Positions 1 through 9,285 of a stretch of DNA of 64,000 nt are shown here, in pieces. The notes beneath the pieces were generated by a model, which worked only from the letters and a program-made list of their open reading frames with translations, was not told the origin of the DNA and ran no database searches. Made by a program: the position numbers and the translations under genes. Position 1 is the first letter of the stretch, and the number at the start of each line of letters is the position of its first letter. The stretch covers positions 44,358-108,357 of the forward strand of contig JACPAN010000004.1 of assembly GCA_016180815.1 (NCBI GenBank). Reading direction: 5' to 3'. This DNA comes from Elusimicrobiota bacterium (GTDB lineage: Bacteria > Elusimicrobiota > Elusimicrobia > JACQPE01).

Positions 1-521
1 TTCAACGTCTCTTTAAGCGTATCGTAAATTTCCCGGCGCATGGCCGAGAAAATAACGCCGAGCATGGTCCTGCCGGCGACCGCAATTTCCGTGGCGCGCC
101 AATCGAACAGGCAGTCCTGAAGCGGAAAAGGCACGTATTTTCTCGCTTCAATGGGGATGGCCTTGCCCCAATGCGCGCGCTCGATTTTAGGCATGGAAAA
201 GTAACGGAACACGGCGAAGGCTTCGGAAAAACAAATCCCGATTTGATCGCTTTTGATGCCCAGCTTTTTCACGGCCTCGGCGATGGCGGCCTTCATCTGG
301 GGCGCGGCCAGCCAGCGCACGATTTGCCCCGAACCCTGGGTAGTTTGGATGGGATTTAACGTCGTTCCCTGGCCGGCGAATTCGGAATCGGCGAAAATTT
401 GTGAAAACGGCTGCTCAAAACGCGCTACCAATTGATGGCCCGAGCGCGTTTTCTCCAGGGCCATCCAACGCAGGCCCTTAGTATCGATGTAGAGCGCCGG
501 ATAATAACTCGCTTTTTTCAT
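1..521 (-). CDS. pilM: Type IV pilus assembly protein PilM (actin-like ATPase fold); 5' end complete, 3' end truncated by the window edge
   Basis: Minus-strand ATG at 519-521 and an open frame to position 1 that is not in the ORF track because no stop lies inside the window. The translation MKKASYYPALYIDTKGLRWMALEK...IPIEARKYVPFPLQDCLFDW matches the PilM N-terminal region (compare P. aeruginosa [20 protein letters not shown]). It sits directly downstream of three prepilin genes. Confidence 0.7.
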   Translation of the reverse strand, partial: MKKASYYPALYIDTKGLRWMALEKTRSGHQLVARFEQPFSQIFADSEFAGQGTTLNPIQTTQGSGQIVRWLAAPQMKAAIAEAVKKLGIKSDQIGICFSEAFAVFRYFSMPKIERAHWGKAIPIEARKYVPFPLQDCLFDWRATEIAVAGRTMLGVIFSAMRREIYDTLKETL

Positions 522-545
522 TTTTCTTGCTTCAACTATTATCCA

Positions 546-932
546 TTATTGTTGAACATTTCCCCTGGCCGTCAATGTATAGCTGCTTGAAGCATAGGTA
601 AAATCCACTTGAACATTGCCGGCTCCCGTCGCATAGGTGCAATTAGCCGGCAGCGCCGGAGGCAACGGTGAGCATGTTGAATAAAGAGCCGTGCATCCAC
701 CTCCGGTCCATGTCCCCGCAACGTTGGGGTCGTAACAATGCAAATCCTCATAAGCCATGGCAATAGCCGCTTCAGCCGCGCCCCGATTATCGATGCTCTG
801 CTCCACGGTTGCGGTTCCCATAAAGCCCGACATAATCACGATCAGCATGGCCGCCGCGGTCAAGGCCATGACATTGACCATGACCAACGCCTGCAGGAGG
901 GCCACCCCGCGTGAATTCAATATTCTTCTCAT
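546..932 (-). CDS. Minor pilin or pseudopilin, PilX/GspK-like
   Basis: Internal start MRRILNSRGVALLQALVMVNVMAL carries the RGVALL..L motif typical of GspK/PilX-type prepilin leaders followed by a hydrophobic helix. The start is 1 nt after the stop of the upstream pilin gene. The longer track ORF 546..1022 overlaps the upstream gene and is rejected. Confidence 0.55.
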   Translation of the reverse strand: MRRILNSRGVALLQALVMVNVMALTAAAMLIVIMSGFMGTATVEQSIDNRGAAEAAIAMAYEDLHCYDPNVAGTWTGGGCTALYSTCSPLPPALPANCTYATGAGNVQVDFTYASSSYTLTARGNVQQ

Positions 933-933
933 A

Positions 934-1536
934 TCAACATCCCGTATCGCAACTGAACGGAACTTTCGCGGTGGTCTCAAAAAGCCGTCTGGTTTGAACG
1001 GCTCCGGCCGGCGTTCTCTCAACGATCGCGTTTAAAATAACGCGCACGTCCTTGTTCGCGCCGCTGCAGGTGAAAATATTTTCTCCTCCCTGATTATCGA
1101 TGTCCCTGGCGATCACGACTTGGGAACCCGCGCAAGCGGCCGTGGAACCCATGGCGGCGACGCTGGTGCAATAAGTGAGCTGATCTGTCGTCGTATTGTA
1201 ATGAAAACGGGCGAAGACATCGCCGTGAAGATCGGGGTTCGGATGTTTTCTGACCCAAAGCCGATGATCGACGCCCACGATGGAACACATGACAATGCCG
1301 GTCACGCCGTCAAAAACCGTGCATTCGGTGGCCGAGGTGCAGCTGGCGGAATTCAATTCGCTGACCATGACTTTCATGGCCGCCAAAACGGAAAAGGCGC
1401 CGGTGGATTTTTGCTGAAGTGTCGCCATATAGCGAACAATCGCGGTGTAGCTGACCGAAAAACCGACCAAAATATTGGTGGCGATCATCATGGCCACCAA
1501 AACTTCAATCAGCGTATATCCCTTGGTCTTGTTCAT
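934..1536 (-). CDS. Prepilin-type N-terminal cleavage/methylation-domain protein (type IV minor pilin)
   Basis: N-terminus MNKTKGYTLIEVLVAMMIA is the canonical class III signal (G-[FY]-T-L-[IL]-E) followed by a hydrophobic helix. Cys-rich C-terminal region. Confidence 0.75.
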   Translation of the reverse strand: MNKTKGYTLIEVLVAMMIATNILVGFSVSYTAIVRYMATLQQKSTGAFSVLAAMKVMVSELNSASCTSATECTVFDGVTGIVMCSIVGVDHRLWVRKHPNPDLHGDVFARFHYNTTTDQLTYCTSVAAMGSTAACAGSQVVIARDIDNQGGENIFTCSGANKDVRVILNAIVERTPAGAVQTRRLFETTAKVPFSCDTGC

Positions 1537-2033
1537 GGCGCCGGCTCCGAAAAAGTCACTCGAGCGTCCATTTGTTTTCTGGTAAAACCGCTGACCGTAA
1601 TATCATTGACCAAATAAACGGCCGTTGCGTTATATTTCGTTACCAACTCATCCGTTGACGGCAGCATATTGGTGCCGTCCGTACGAATGGCTTGATGCTG
1701 GGTGGAGCCGCCGCCGTTATTGTCTTCAAGGATATAGTGCGTGCCGCCGCTACAGGCGGGAGTGCAGGTGCAAGTATGATGAATTTCCCCGAACGTCGTG
1801 TCATCTGCGGAAAGGTGCGCCCAGGGTGTTTCAACGATATAGCTTTTAAGCTCATCCAAAATTCTTTTTTGTATGAAAGCGGCGCTGGTTTTATTAGCCG
1901 TGGTTCCGGATTGCTTGGCGGCCAGCAAAAACACGCTCATCATGCCCGCGGTGGCTGTGGACACCACCATCACGGCAATCAGCACCTCAAGAAGGGTATA
2001 GCCTCGGGAGAACCGTTTGAGCTGCTTCCTCAT
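1533..2033 (-). CDS. Prepilin-type N-terminal cleavage/methylation-domain protein (type IV minor pilin, FimT/PilV-like)
   Basis: N-terminus ...RGYTLLEVLIAVMVV. There is a 4-nt overlap with the downstream pilin gene and a 4-nt overlap with the upstream OmpA-like gene, indicating translational coupling. Confidence 0.75.
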   Translation of the reverse strand: MRKQLKRFSRGYTLLEVLIAVMVVSTATAGMMSVFLLAAKQSGTTANKTSAAFIQKRILDELKSYIVETPWAHLSADDTTFGEIHHTCTCTPACSGGTHYILEDNNGGGSTQHQAIRTDGTNMLPSTDELVTKYNATAVYLVNDITVSGFTRKQMDARVTFSEPAP

Positions 2034-3880
2034 TGCTCAACAAAGACCTCCACATAGCGCTGACCGGTTTCACCGGTGCCTGACTCGATGACCATGCGCG
2101 ATCCGGCCACGCCGAAATCCCCGCTTAAAATTTTGGCCACTTCCCGGGCGCGCTGCTCGGCCAACACCTTGGCGTTGTGCTCATCGGGAGAGGCTGCGCC
2201 GATCAACGTCAAACGCTGAGCGGGATGGAGCCGGGCGGCCTGGGCCACTTCATTCAACATGGCCACCTGCTCTTTGGAAACCTTGGTGTCGTTGGGGCCG
2301 AAGGCGATTTTAAAATTAGTCAGATTAAACGAGGTGGCCGAGGACTGCTCAGAGGCTTCCACGGGCACAGTTTTGCCGACTCCCTTGCCCGCATCCCCGA
2401 CAGGCGCGGCAACGGCGGCCGCCGCGGTCACGGCCTTGGGCGCGGCAGCTTTGGTAATAGAAGCGGCTTTAGGCTTGACTGCTTTTGCTTTTGGTTTAGG
2501 TTTGGGTTTGGCCGCCTTTGCTTGGCCGGATTTGACCGCAGGTTTAGGTTTGGGTTTGGCCGCAGACGCCGGCTTGGGTTGGCTGACGACTTTTTTGATG
2601 TCCTGGCCGACAACGTCGATCACCTTGGTGGAACGGACTTTGCCTCCGCCCACATCCAACGCCTCGGCCTCAAGCGTGTATCTGCCCGTGGGCAAAACCT
2701 CAAAATCGCCGATTGCGTCTCTCTTGCCCTCGAAATAAAACGTTTCCAAAATCGAACCCTTGCCCTCATGCGTCCAAACCGTGCTTTTATCCGGCGCGAC
2801 CAGCCTCAAACTCCAGTGCGCGATCACCTGCGGATTGCCGCTGGCGAACAATTCGATGACCATCCCCTGGCCGATGCGGGCGTCGATTTTTTCCCGGGAA
2901 ACGCCCAAGTACAGGGACGGGTATTCGCTTTTTGAGCTTTGGCGCGGAAGGTATTTGGTGAAAAAATAATGCGTATGGAAAGGGTTGGCGAATTCCTCGA
3001 ACACCAGCATCATGGTGGCCTCACGATTGCGGGACATTTGCTGCAACGCCTTGGGAAATTCGGTTTCCGGGCCGATGGAGAAACGCGGCTGGCCTTCCAA
3101 ATCCACCTCGATTCTGGCCGGCGCCATGCCGCGGCCGGTCAGGTAGCTGCTTAAAATCGTGGCCCGCTGAAGATTCGAGATGCTGGAGCGGCCCTGAGTC
3201 TGGGCCGGGTAAATGCGAATCAAATGCTTGGGGTGATAATACGCGGATTCCGCCAAAATTTTGAGCAAATCGCCGGCCTGTCTTTTAAAACTGGTTTCCT
3301 TGGCGAAGAGCAGGCTTTCCGGAATCGTGAGCGCCAAAAATTTATCCGTGCCCTTAAGCACCACGCCCACGGCGTCTTTTTTCTTAACCGCCTCGATCAG
3401 CTCCTTGCGGCGGTTATGGAGCTTGAGCTTCACGTATTCGGTCAGAGCCTCGGGCGTAGGCTTGGGCATCGGCGGTTTTTTGGCCCCCGCCGGCGCCATT
3501 TCTTCGGGTAAAGGCGGAACGGATTCGGCCGTCTTTGACGCCGGCGGCCGGGATGATTGAGCGGCCGGGGCCTCGTGAGGCGGCGCGGAAAGGCCGACCG
3601 CCGATTGAGACGGGGCCTTCGGCTGGGCGATCGGCTTGCCGGCCATGCGATAGCTGATCCTGTTGACGTATTCCTTGGCCAGCGCCACCTCTTCGGGGCT
3701 CGCCCCCATGCGGATGACTTCCATGAAATTTTCCATGGCGTCTTCCATTTGTCCGTCTTCGTAAAGATCGATGCCTTGGAACAAAAGCTCCTCGGAAGAT
3801 TTGCCGCGCCGGCGGATTTCGGCCGAGCAAACGGATGAAAATAGGAAAAAGAGGCATCCCAACAATACGCCTACTCTCAT
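2030..3880 (-). CDS. Secreted OmpA/MotB-family peptidoglycan-binding protein with an N-terminal TPR-like region and a Lys/Pro-rich repeat linker
   Basis: Signal peptide MRVGVLLGCLFFLFSSVCSA. The C-terminus LTLIGAASPDEHNAKVLAEQRAREVAKIL...RMVIESGTGET is an OmpA_C-like fold. A central KPKPKPAVKS...KPKPKPKAKAVKPK low-complexity tract is present. It is coupled to the pilin genes. Confidence 0.7.
   Translation of the reverse strand: MRVGVLLGCLFFLFSSVCSAEIRRRGKSSEELLFQGIDLYEDGQMEDAMENFMEVIRMGASPEEVALAKEYVNRISYRMAGKPIAQPKAPSQSAVGLSAPPHEAPAAQSSRPPASKTAESVPPLPEEMAPAGAKKPPMPKPTPEALTEYVKLKLHNRRKELIEAVKKKDAVGVVLKGTDKFLALTIPESLLFAKETSFKRQAGDLLKILAESAYYHPKHLIRIYPAQTQGRSSISNLQRATILSSYLTGRGMAPARIEVDLEGQPRFSIGPETEFPKALQQMSRNREATMMLVFEEFANPFHTHYFFTKYLPRQSSKSEYPSLYLGVSREKIDARIGQGMVIELFASGNPQVIAHWSLRLVAPDKSTVWTHEGKGSILETFYFEGKRDAIGDFEVLPTGRYTLEAEALDVGGGKVRSTKVIDVVGQDIKKVVSQPKPASAAKPKPKPAVKSGQAKAAKPKPKPKAKAVKPKAASITKAAAPKAVTAAAAVAAPVGDAGKGVGKTVPVEASEQSSATSFNLTNFKIAFGPNDTKVSKEQVAMLNEVAQAARLHPAQRLTLIGAASPDEHNAKVLAEQRAREVAKILSGDFGVAGSRMVIESGTGETGQRYVEVFVEQ
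2460..2590. repeat. Tandem ggtttaggtttgggtttggccgc repeat encoding the KPKPKP tract
   Basis: Two near-identical copies of ggtttaggtttgggtttggccgc lie within the coding sequence of the OmpA-like gene. Confidence 0.5.
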
Positions 3881-3975
3881 ATCGTCATCCCTTCAATAAA
3901 ACGCATGAATCCTATTTTAAGAGTAACACCAATTCGCCTAAATCGCAACGGGCTGATGGCCATAACCGGGAGGGG

Positions 3976-6324
3976 CTAACGAGGCGGCAATCCAGGGGCC
4001 CGGCCCACGGACTCGCTCCAGCGCCGGCGGATTTCCTCGGCCTTGGAACGCTCTCCCTTGCGCCAATAGTCGGCCATCAAACCCTGAAGATTGCGCGCCG
4101 TAATTTCATAGCTCGGATCCGCCTTCAACGCCTCGATAAAATACGCCACGGCTTCCTCCCCCCGGTTGGCCTGAAGCGAAAATGAGCCCAGGTTGTTCAA
4201 AATTTCTTTGTCGTTTGGAAAAAAATGCAGCGCCCGGCGCAAAACCCGCAAGGCCATGTCCCCGTAAAAACGCGTGTCTTTCAAAAAAATGGTGCTGGTC
4301 AACTGCTTGTAAACAAGGAGGTTCGCGGGGTTAATGAACAAGCTCGCCAGGTAATCGTCGAGAGCCTCCTGAGTGCGCCCCAGGCTGCCCAGCAGCACGG
4401 CGCGGTTGAAAAAAATCTCATCGTAGCCGGCATTTGATTTCAACGCTTCGGTATAGCCCCAAATCGCTTTTTCGGCGTCGCCCAAACGCGCGTACACATT
4501 GCCCAGTTCGTAATTCTTATTCACCTCTCTTGGAAAAAGCCGGTGAGACGCCAGGAGCCGGTCCAGCGCAGGGTTGAGCTTTCCTTCGCGATGCAGGACG
4601 AACCCGCGGAAATAATAAAACTCGGAAAGCCAATAACGGCTGAAACGCACGCCCATGGCAACGACGACGGCGCAGCCGAGGGCGGCCGCGGCCCAACGCG
4701 CCCACGGCCGCGAACGCGGGCTTGCTCCGGACGCGGGCATCGCGGCCGACGCAGGGATGGGGTAAAAAACCGCCAGATTGCCCAATAACCACCAGAATAA
4801 ATACCCGGGCATGGCGAAATGAAGACTGACGTTTAAGGTGTTGTCCACCATCATCCCGATCAAGCCGCCGATCAAACCGCAGGCGGCCAAGCGCCGCGGC
4901 GGCGCGATCAGCGTCGGGATATTGCGGACGGACCAAATAAAAAAGACGGCAAAAAATCCGAAAAATAGCCCGGCGCCCAGAAAACCTGTCTGTGAGAACA
5001 CTTCGATCAACTCGTTATGCCCGTTGTTGGCATGCGTGCGCAGGGGGCCGAAACGTTTGTTGTAAAGCAAATCCGCCTGATAAAAAGGATAAAAAAGTTC
5101 GAGCGTACCCCAGCCCTTGCCCAAGAGAGGACGCTCCCGGACGAATTTCCAGCATCCGGACCAAATGAGCACGCGTTGAAAAAAAGGCTGATACGGCGGC
5201 GCGGCCTGCGCTTCATCGGCCACCACTTGTCCGACCTCGAGCAACCGGCCGACGGCCGTTGGGCTGCCTTTCTGGGCGCCGGGGGGCCACAGCAGAAAAA
5301 ATAACACCGCGCCCGCGCCCAGAACCCCCACGGACTTCCATGGCCGGCGGGCATCGGCGCCGGCCGGCGCATCATCGCCGAAACGCCGCAGCAGCCAAAG
5401 AGTCACGCCCGCGCCCACGAGCGCCGCGGCCCAAGACGAACGCGTCAGCGTTGAGAGCAGGCCGGCTTCAAAAATAAAAAACAACAACCCATGAATCAGG
5501 CGGCTCCCCCACGATTTGGAAGCCCAAACGCCGACAATGAGGCTGGGCATCAGCGTGGCCAAATAAGGCGACAAAAAATTCGGGTTGCCGAACGTCGAGA
5601 TGGCGCGCGAGCCGTAGGGATTCAAATTCCTCGGCCAGATGAAATCAACGCCGAAATACTGCCCGATGCCGTAAATGCTGGCCAACGCTCCGACCGCGTA
5701 ATTGACCCAAAACAAAACAGCGGGCCCCCGGCGCTTCCACCGATAAAACAAAAAAATGAGGAAAGCCGCCCACAAAAAAAATCCGTAAGGATCCCATAAA
5801 AAACCGATGACGGACTCCGAGGCGCTCGGCGGATTCGGCAGGCGCATGCGATGGTAAAAGAGCCAGCCGCAGCCGAACAAAGCGGCGCCCGCCAGCGTCG
5901 GGTAATCCGGGTCGAGCGCGTTCTCCGGGCGGCGCTTCAATTCCATCCCCGTTAAAACGCCGGCCGCCAGCACGAAAACGGCGTTGACCAGCCAAAACAA
6001 ATTGACCCTTAAACCCTCGGCCAAAATCGACGGCCTGAAAAAATCGCCGTGCGCCCGCCACGACACCCCCCAGCTGATCCAACAAACGGCGGTGAATGCG
6101 CCCAACGGCCAAAACACCCGCCAAGGGAAGGGCTCCCCGGATGCCTTCGGCGAACGGGCGAATCCCCACAGCAACGCGACCATCAATCCCAGAACGCACA
6201 AATGAAGCAATGTAATCTGGGTTTGATACGGATTCCTGGTGAAATTGGTGAAAAACAGCAACGGGCAAACGCTGTGGATCACAAGCAGAAGAAAGGCGAA
6301 CATGAAACCCCGGCTTTTTGTCAC
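3976..6324 (-). CDS. O-antigen ligase (Wzy_C) family membrane protein fused to C-terminal TPR repeats; PglL/TfpO-like candidate O-oligosaccharyltransferase
   Basis: Polytopic membrane region with STFGNPNFLSPYLATLMP and LTLTRSSWAAAL motifs typical of the Wzy_C/WaaL family. The C-terminal ~250 aa are TPR repeats (NYELGNVYARLGDAEKAI...). GTG start at 6324 or ATG at 6302. Confidence 0.8.
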   Translation of the reverse strand: MTKSRGFMFAFLLLVIHSVCPLLFFTNFTRNPYQTQITLLHLCVLGLMVALLWGFARSPKASGEPFPWRVFWPLGAFTAVCWISWGVSWRAHGDFFRPSILAEGLRVNLFWLVNAVFVLAAGVLTGMELKRRPENALDPDYPTLAGAALFGCGWLFYHRMRLPNPPSASESVIGFLWDPYGFFLWAAFLIFLFYRWKRRGPAVLFWVNYAVGALASIYGIGQYFGVDFIWPRNLNPYGSRAISTFGNPNFLSPYLATLMPSLIVGVWASKSWGSRLIHGLLFFIFEAGLLSTLTRSSWAAALVGAGVTLWLLRRFGDDAPAGADARRPWKSVGVLGAGAVLFFLLWPPGAQKGSPTAVGRLLEVGQVVADEAQAAPPYQPFFQRVLIWSGCWKFVRERPLLGKGWGTLELFYPFYQADLLYNKRFGPLRTHANNGHNELIEVFSQTGFLGAGLFFGFFAVFFIWSVRNIPTLIAPPRRLAACGLIGGLIGMMVDNTLNVSLHFAMPGYLFWWLLGNLAVFYPIPASAAMPASGASPRSRPWARWAAAALGCAVVVAMGVRFSRYWLSEFYYFRGFVLHREGKLNPALDRLLASHRLFPREVNKNYELGNVYARLGDAEKAIWGYTEALKSNAGYDEIFFNRAVLLGSLGRTQEALDDYLASLFINPANLLVYKQLTSTIFLKDTRFYGDMALRVLRRALHFFPNDKEILNNLGSFSLQANRGEEAVAYFIEALKADPSYEITARNLQGLMADYWRKGERSKAEEIRRRWSESVGRAPGLPPR

Positions 6325-8792
6325 TATTTGCCGATGACGGACTTTTCGACGCCGTAGCCCACGCCCGGTGAGGAAACGGGCGCCATCTGGCGGATTTTCT
6401 GCAAAATGGCGTCCCTGTTGTGCATCAGCACTCCGAGCTCGCCCTGGATCTGCTGATTATTGGGATCGATTTGGCGAAGATAGCCGATATGGGTCGCCAC
6501 CGCTTTGCGGTAATCGCCGGACATCAAATAGCTTTTCGACAAATTCAGATAAGCCTCGGGATCGGGATGGGCATGGCTGGTCCAATGCGATTGATTGATC
6601 AGGGAAGCGAACGGTCCGTTGCCGGTCAAGTCCGCGCAGCGGAAAGCCAGGATTCTCTTTTTGAATTCCTGCCGCGCATCTTCGAAACGCCCGAGGCGCG
6701 TCAGAACATAGCCCATACGGTAATAATTATCGGGGAATACCGGGTCCAGATGTTGATAGAGGCGGTACCGGCGGACGGATTCCTCATAAAACTCGCGTAT
6801 TTTTTCCGGCGGCTCGTTGTTTTGAATGCCCCATTCAGCCCGTTTCAAAAACAGATTGCCGACGTGATAATGCATCTGAACATAGTTGGGGGCGAGCGTA
6901 TTGCGGATGCGCTCGTAAACCTCGATGGCGCGGTCGAAATCGCGCCGCATCACGCCGGGGGGATCGCCCCAATCGGCTCTGTTTTTGGGCTCCATATCCC
7001 AGCGGTCGTTGAACACATTGCCCAGGAAGTAATACGACATGACGAAACCCGGATTTCTCTTGATCACCTGCTGATAGTGCTTGATGGCGTCATCCCACTG
7101 ACGCCCTTTGGAATGAACGATGGCCACGTTATGATGAACGTCGCCCCTGAACCAGCCCCAGAAAAAGTATATGGGAAAGGCTAACAAAGGCGCAGCCAAA
7201 CAAGCCAGGATGCTTTTAGCGTTCCAGATCGAATGAAAATAGCTGTACGCGCTCAAACCCATAAACATGATGAAAAACGCCCAGGCCAGGAAAACCATCA
7301 ACTGATCGCCGGGGTGCGTGGAGCCGAGCATGCGCTGCTGGATGTCGAAAAACTCGACGAAAATCTTGTAGCTGACAACGGCCACGACCAAGGCTGCGGC
7401 GCCTTGAAATAGGCGTCTTAAGACACTCATGACCGGCGACGTTTCCATGATCGCGCGCACCGGAGCGACCGCGGCTTCGCGCCAGGTCCGGTCGCTCAAG
7501 GCCAACGCCACGGCCATGGCCGGCAACAGGCCGGTGAACACCCCGCTGGAAACGAAACGGATGCTGACGTCGAAATTATTGTGAATCATGGTGCCCAGCC
7601 ATCCGGACCAAACGCCCAATAAATGATAGGCCCGCACATCCACCCGGCCGTCCCGGCGCCAGCGCTGAAGCGCCCGGTAAGACAAAAGGCTCACCATGAA
7701 AATCAGCCAAACATAAACACCGAAGCCCAAAATACCCTCGTCCATGAGCACTTCGATATGTTCGTTCTCGGCGTGATCCGTTTCCGTATTATGTTTGGCT
7801 TCGATATGAAAAATCGTCGGGCGACGATAGGCGGAGTAGGCCAGGCGGAAATTGCCGATGCCGATGCCTGCGACGGGGCTGCCTGAGATGATTTCCCAAG
7901 TGGACAGCCATGTGTAGATGCGGAAAGGAATGGAGAAAGGATTCAGCCCCGGCGTGAGCATCAGAAGCGTCAGCGCGCCGGCGGCGGTGACGATAATGAC
8001 GGAGCGGATTTTCTTTCTCAAATACTCGACGAAAGGAAGAGGAATGCATAAGGAATAAAGCACCACCCATAGGGAGGTGACAATCCCCACGCCCATCCAA
8101 GCGCCCTTCGTTTCCGTAAACGCGACGTTGAACCAAGCCAACGCCAGCAGGCACCATGCCGCGAAACTTTTTTTGGCCAAGGCCCAGGATAAAACGATCG
8201 GGGTCATGATCACGATGTAGTCGCCGAAGAAATTTGGATTGCCGAATGTGGAGAAAATGCGCTTTTGAAACGCCTGGCGCCAAATAAAAATATCCAGCCC
8301 AAAAACGGGCATGGACGCGGAATTCGGCGGAAAAAAACGCGAGTCTAGAAATTGGATGAAGCCGTAAAACGTCGAAACGAAAAGAGCCAGGAGCAAAAAC
8401 TTTAGGATCCGCTCCACGGCATCGAGGCTGCGGATTTTATCGAACACGATCAAGGCCGCGCTCATGTAGAGCAGGCGCCGCACCATGTCGTCGATATTCC
8501 AAAGCTTGAAATGGGAAACGACCAGGTAGGAAAACGCGCCTGATAAAAGCAGGGCCGCGAAGGGCGCATAAACGGGCAAATATTCCGCGCTCAAGCTCAA
8601 GCGCCGCTCTTCCAGCTTCTCCATCAGCCAAAGGCCCAAGAGCGCGGTGATGCCCATTTGGGCGACGGTGATTTTAACCTGGGCCGAGTCGTAGGTGCGC
8701 AGATAAAACGTCACCACAACCGCGAAATACACCAACGGCAGGCCCCAGAGAATGCTTCTGGTGGTGATTCGGGATAAAGCGGTTGCCGGCAT
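6324..8792 (-). CDS. O-antigen ligase (Wzy_C) family membrane protein fused to C-terminal TPR repeats (paralog of the downstream gene)
   Basis: Motif STFGNPNFFGDYIVIMTPIV and multiple TM helices, then TPR repeats (YYFLGNVFNDRWD..., YHVGNLFLKRAE...). Its stop overlaps the start of the next ligase gene. Confidence 0.8.
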   Translation of the reverse strand: MPATALSRITTRSILWGLPLVYFAVVVTFYLRTYDSAQVKITVAQMGITALLGLWLMEKLEERRLSLSAEYLPVYAPFAALLLSGAFSYLVVSHFKLWNIDDMVRRLLYMSAALIVFDKIRSLDAVERILKFLLLALFVSTFYGFIQFLDSRFFPPNSASMPVFGLDIFIWRQAFQKRIFSTFGNPNFFGDYIVIMTPIVLSWALAKKSFAAWCLLALAWFNVAFTETKGAWMGVGIVTSLWVVLYSLCIPLPFVEYLRKKIRSVIIVTAAGALTLLMLTPGLNPFSIPFRIYTWLSTWEIISGSPVAGIGIGNFRLAYSAYRRPTIFHIEAKHNTETDHAENEHIEVLMDEGILGFGVYVWLIFMVSLLSYRALQRWRRDGRVDVRAYHLLGVWSGWLGTMIHNNFDVSIRFVSSGVFTGLLPAMAVALALSDRTWREAAVAPVRAIMETSPVMSVLRRLFQGAAALVVAVVSYKIFVEFFDIQQRMLGSTHPGDQLMVFLAWAFFIMFMGLSAYSYFHSIWNAKSILACLAAPLLAFPIYFFWGWFRGDVHHNVAIVHSKGRQWDDAIKHYQQVIKRNPGFVMSYYFLGNVFNDRWDMEPKNRADWGDPPGVMRRDFDRAIEVYERIRNTLAPNYVQMHYHVGNLFLKRAEWGIQNNEPPEKIREFYEESVRRYRLYQHLDPVFPDNYYRMGYVLTRLGRFEDARQEFKKRILAFRCADLTGNGPFASLINQSHWTSHAHPDPEAYLNLSKSYLMSGDYRKAVATHIGYLRQIDPNNQQIQGELGVLMHNRDAILQKIRQMAPVSSPGVGYGVEKSVIGK

Positions 8793-8832
8793 GGTCAGTT
8801 CGATTTCCGCCGGCCGAAGATTTGAAAAACCA

Positions 8833-8904
8833 AGCCGGAGGCGGGAATCGAACCCGCGGCCAACGGTTTACGAAACCGCTGCTCTACCGCTGAGCTACCC
8901 CGGC
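8833..8904 (-). tRNA. tRNA-Thr (anticodon CGU)
   Basis: The reverse complement GCCGGGGTAGCTCAGCGGTAGAGCAGCGGTTTCGTAAACCGTTGGCCGCGGGTTCGATTCCCGCCTCCGGCT folds as a cloverleaf with a 7-bp acceptor stem, D arm, anticodon loop TTCGTAA and a T arm with the GGTTCGATTCC box. No CCA is encoded. Confidence 0.85.
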
Positions 8905-8966
8905 GCGACATCAATTCCCCCCGCATTCGACTCGTTATTTTGACTAATTTTAGAGCGAATAACCAC
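8866..8966. repeat. Direct repeat copy 1 (~100 bp): 5' half of tRNA-Thr plus ~60 bp of its upstream region
   Basis: ggtttacgaaaccgctgctctaccgctgagctaccccggcgcgacatcaattccccccgcattcgactcgttattttgactaattttagagcgaataacca recurs at 13296-13395 with 2 mismatches and a 1-nt indel. Confidence 0.85.
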
Positions 8967-9285
8967 GCCACGGGAAGTTTTCAGCGCCGGAAACAAATGC
9001 CCGGACGAAGCCGTCCGGGCATCCGTCGATTTATTGGGCTTAGCTAAAAATCAAATCACCAAAACCTGAAATAAATTGACTTTTTATTAGCCCAAAGATC
9101 TTTCCTATGAGCCGACGTCACCCCTGGCGAATCATGTGGAATCTTTATCCTAAAAACTGTCAATATAGTCTTGAGTATATTTTTCCTATGTTTTCTAAAC
9201 ACAGATCGTTGCTGTCAACAAGCTTAACCAAACGCAAAATAGCAACTCAATTCCTTCGGGGAAATTTTAGGATGCGGGAACCCAG

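Noticed and set aside
1120-1617. 165-aa plus-strand ORF overlapping the pilin genes
   Set aside because: It is antisense to two prepilin genes with diagnostic N-termini, and its translation has no features.
2177-2935. 252-aa plus-strand ORF, and 2259..2738, antisense to the OmpA-like gene
   Set aside because: They lie entirely inside a well-supported minus-strand gene. The Gly/Arg-rich low-complexity translation is typical of antisense frames in high-GC DNA.
8999-9020. GC-rich hairpin (gcccggacg-aagc-cgtccgggc) as a terminator
   Set aside because: It sits between divergently oriented features (tRNA on minus, GT-C gene on plus), so it terminates neither. It is kept only as a possible island-boundary relic in the island finding.
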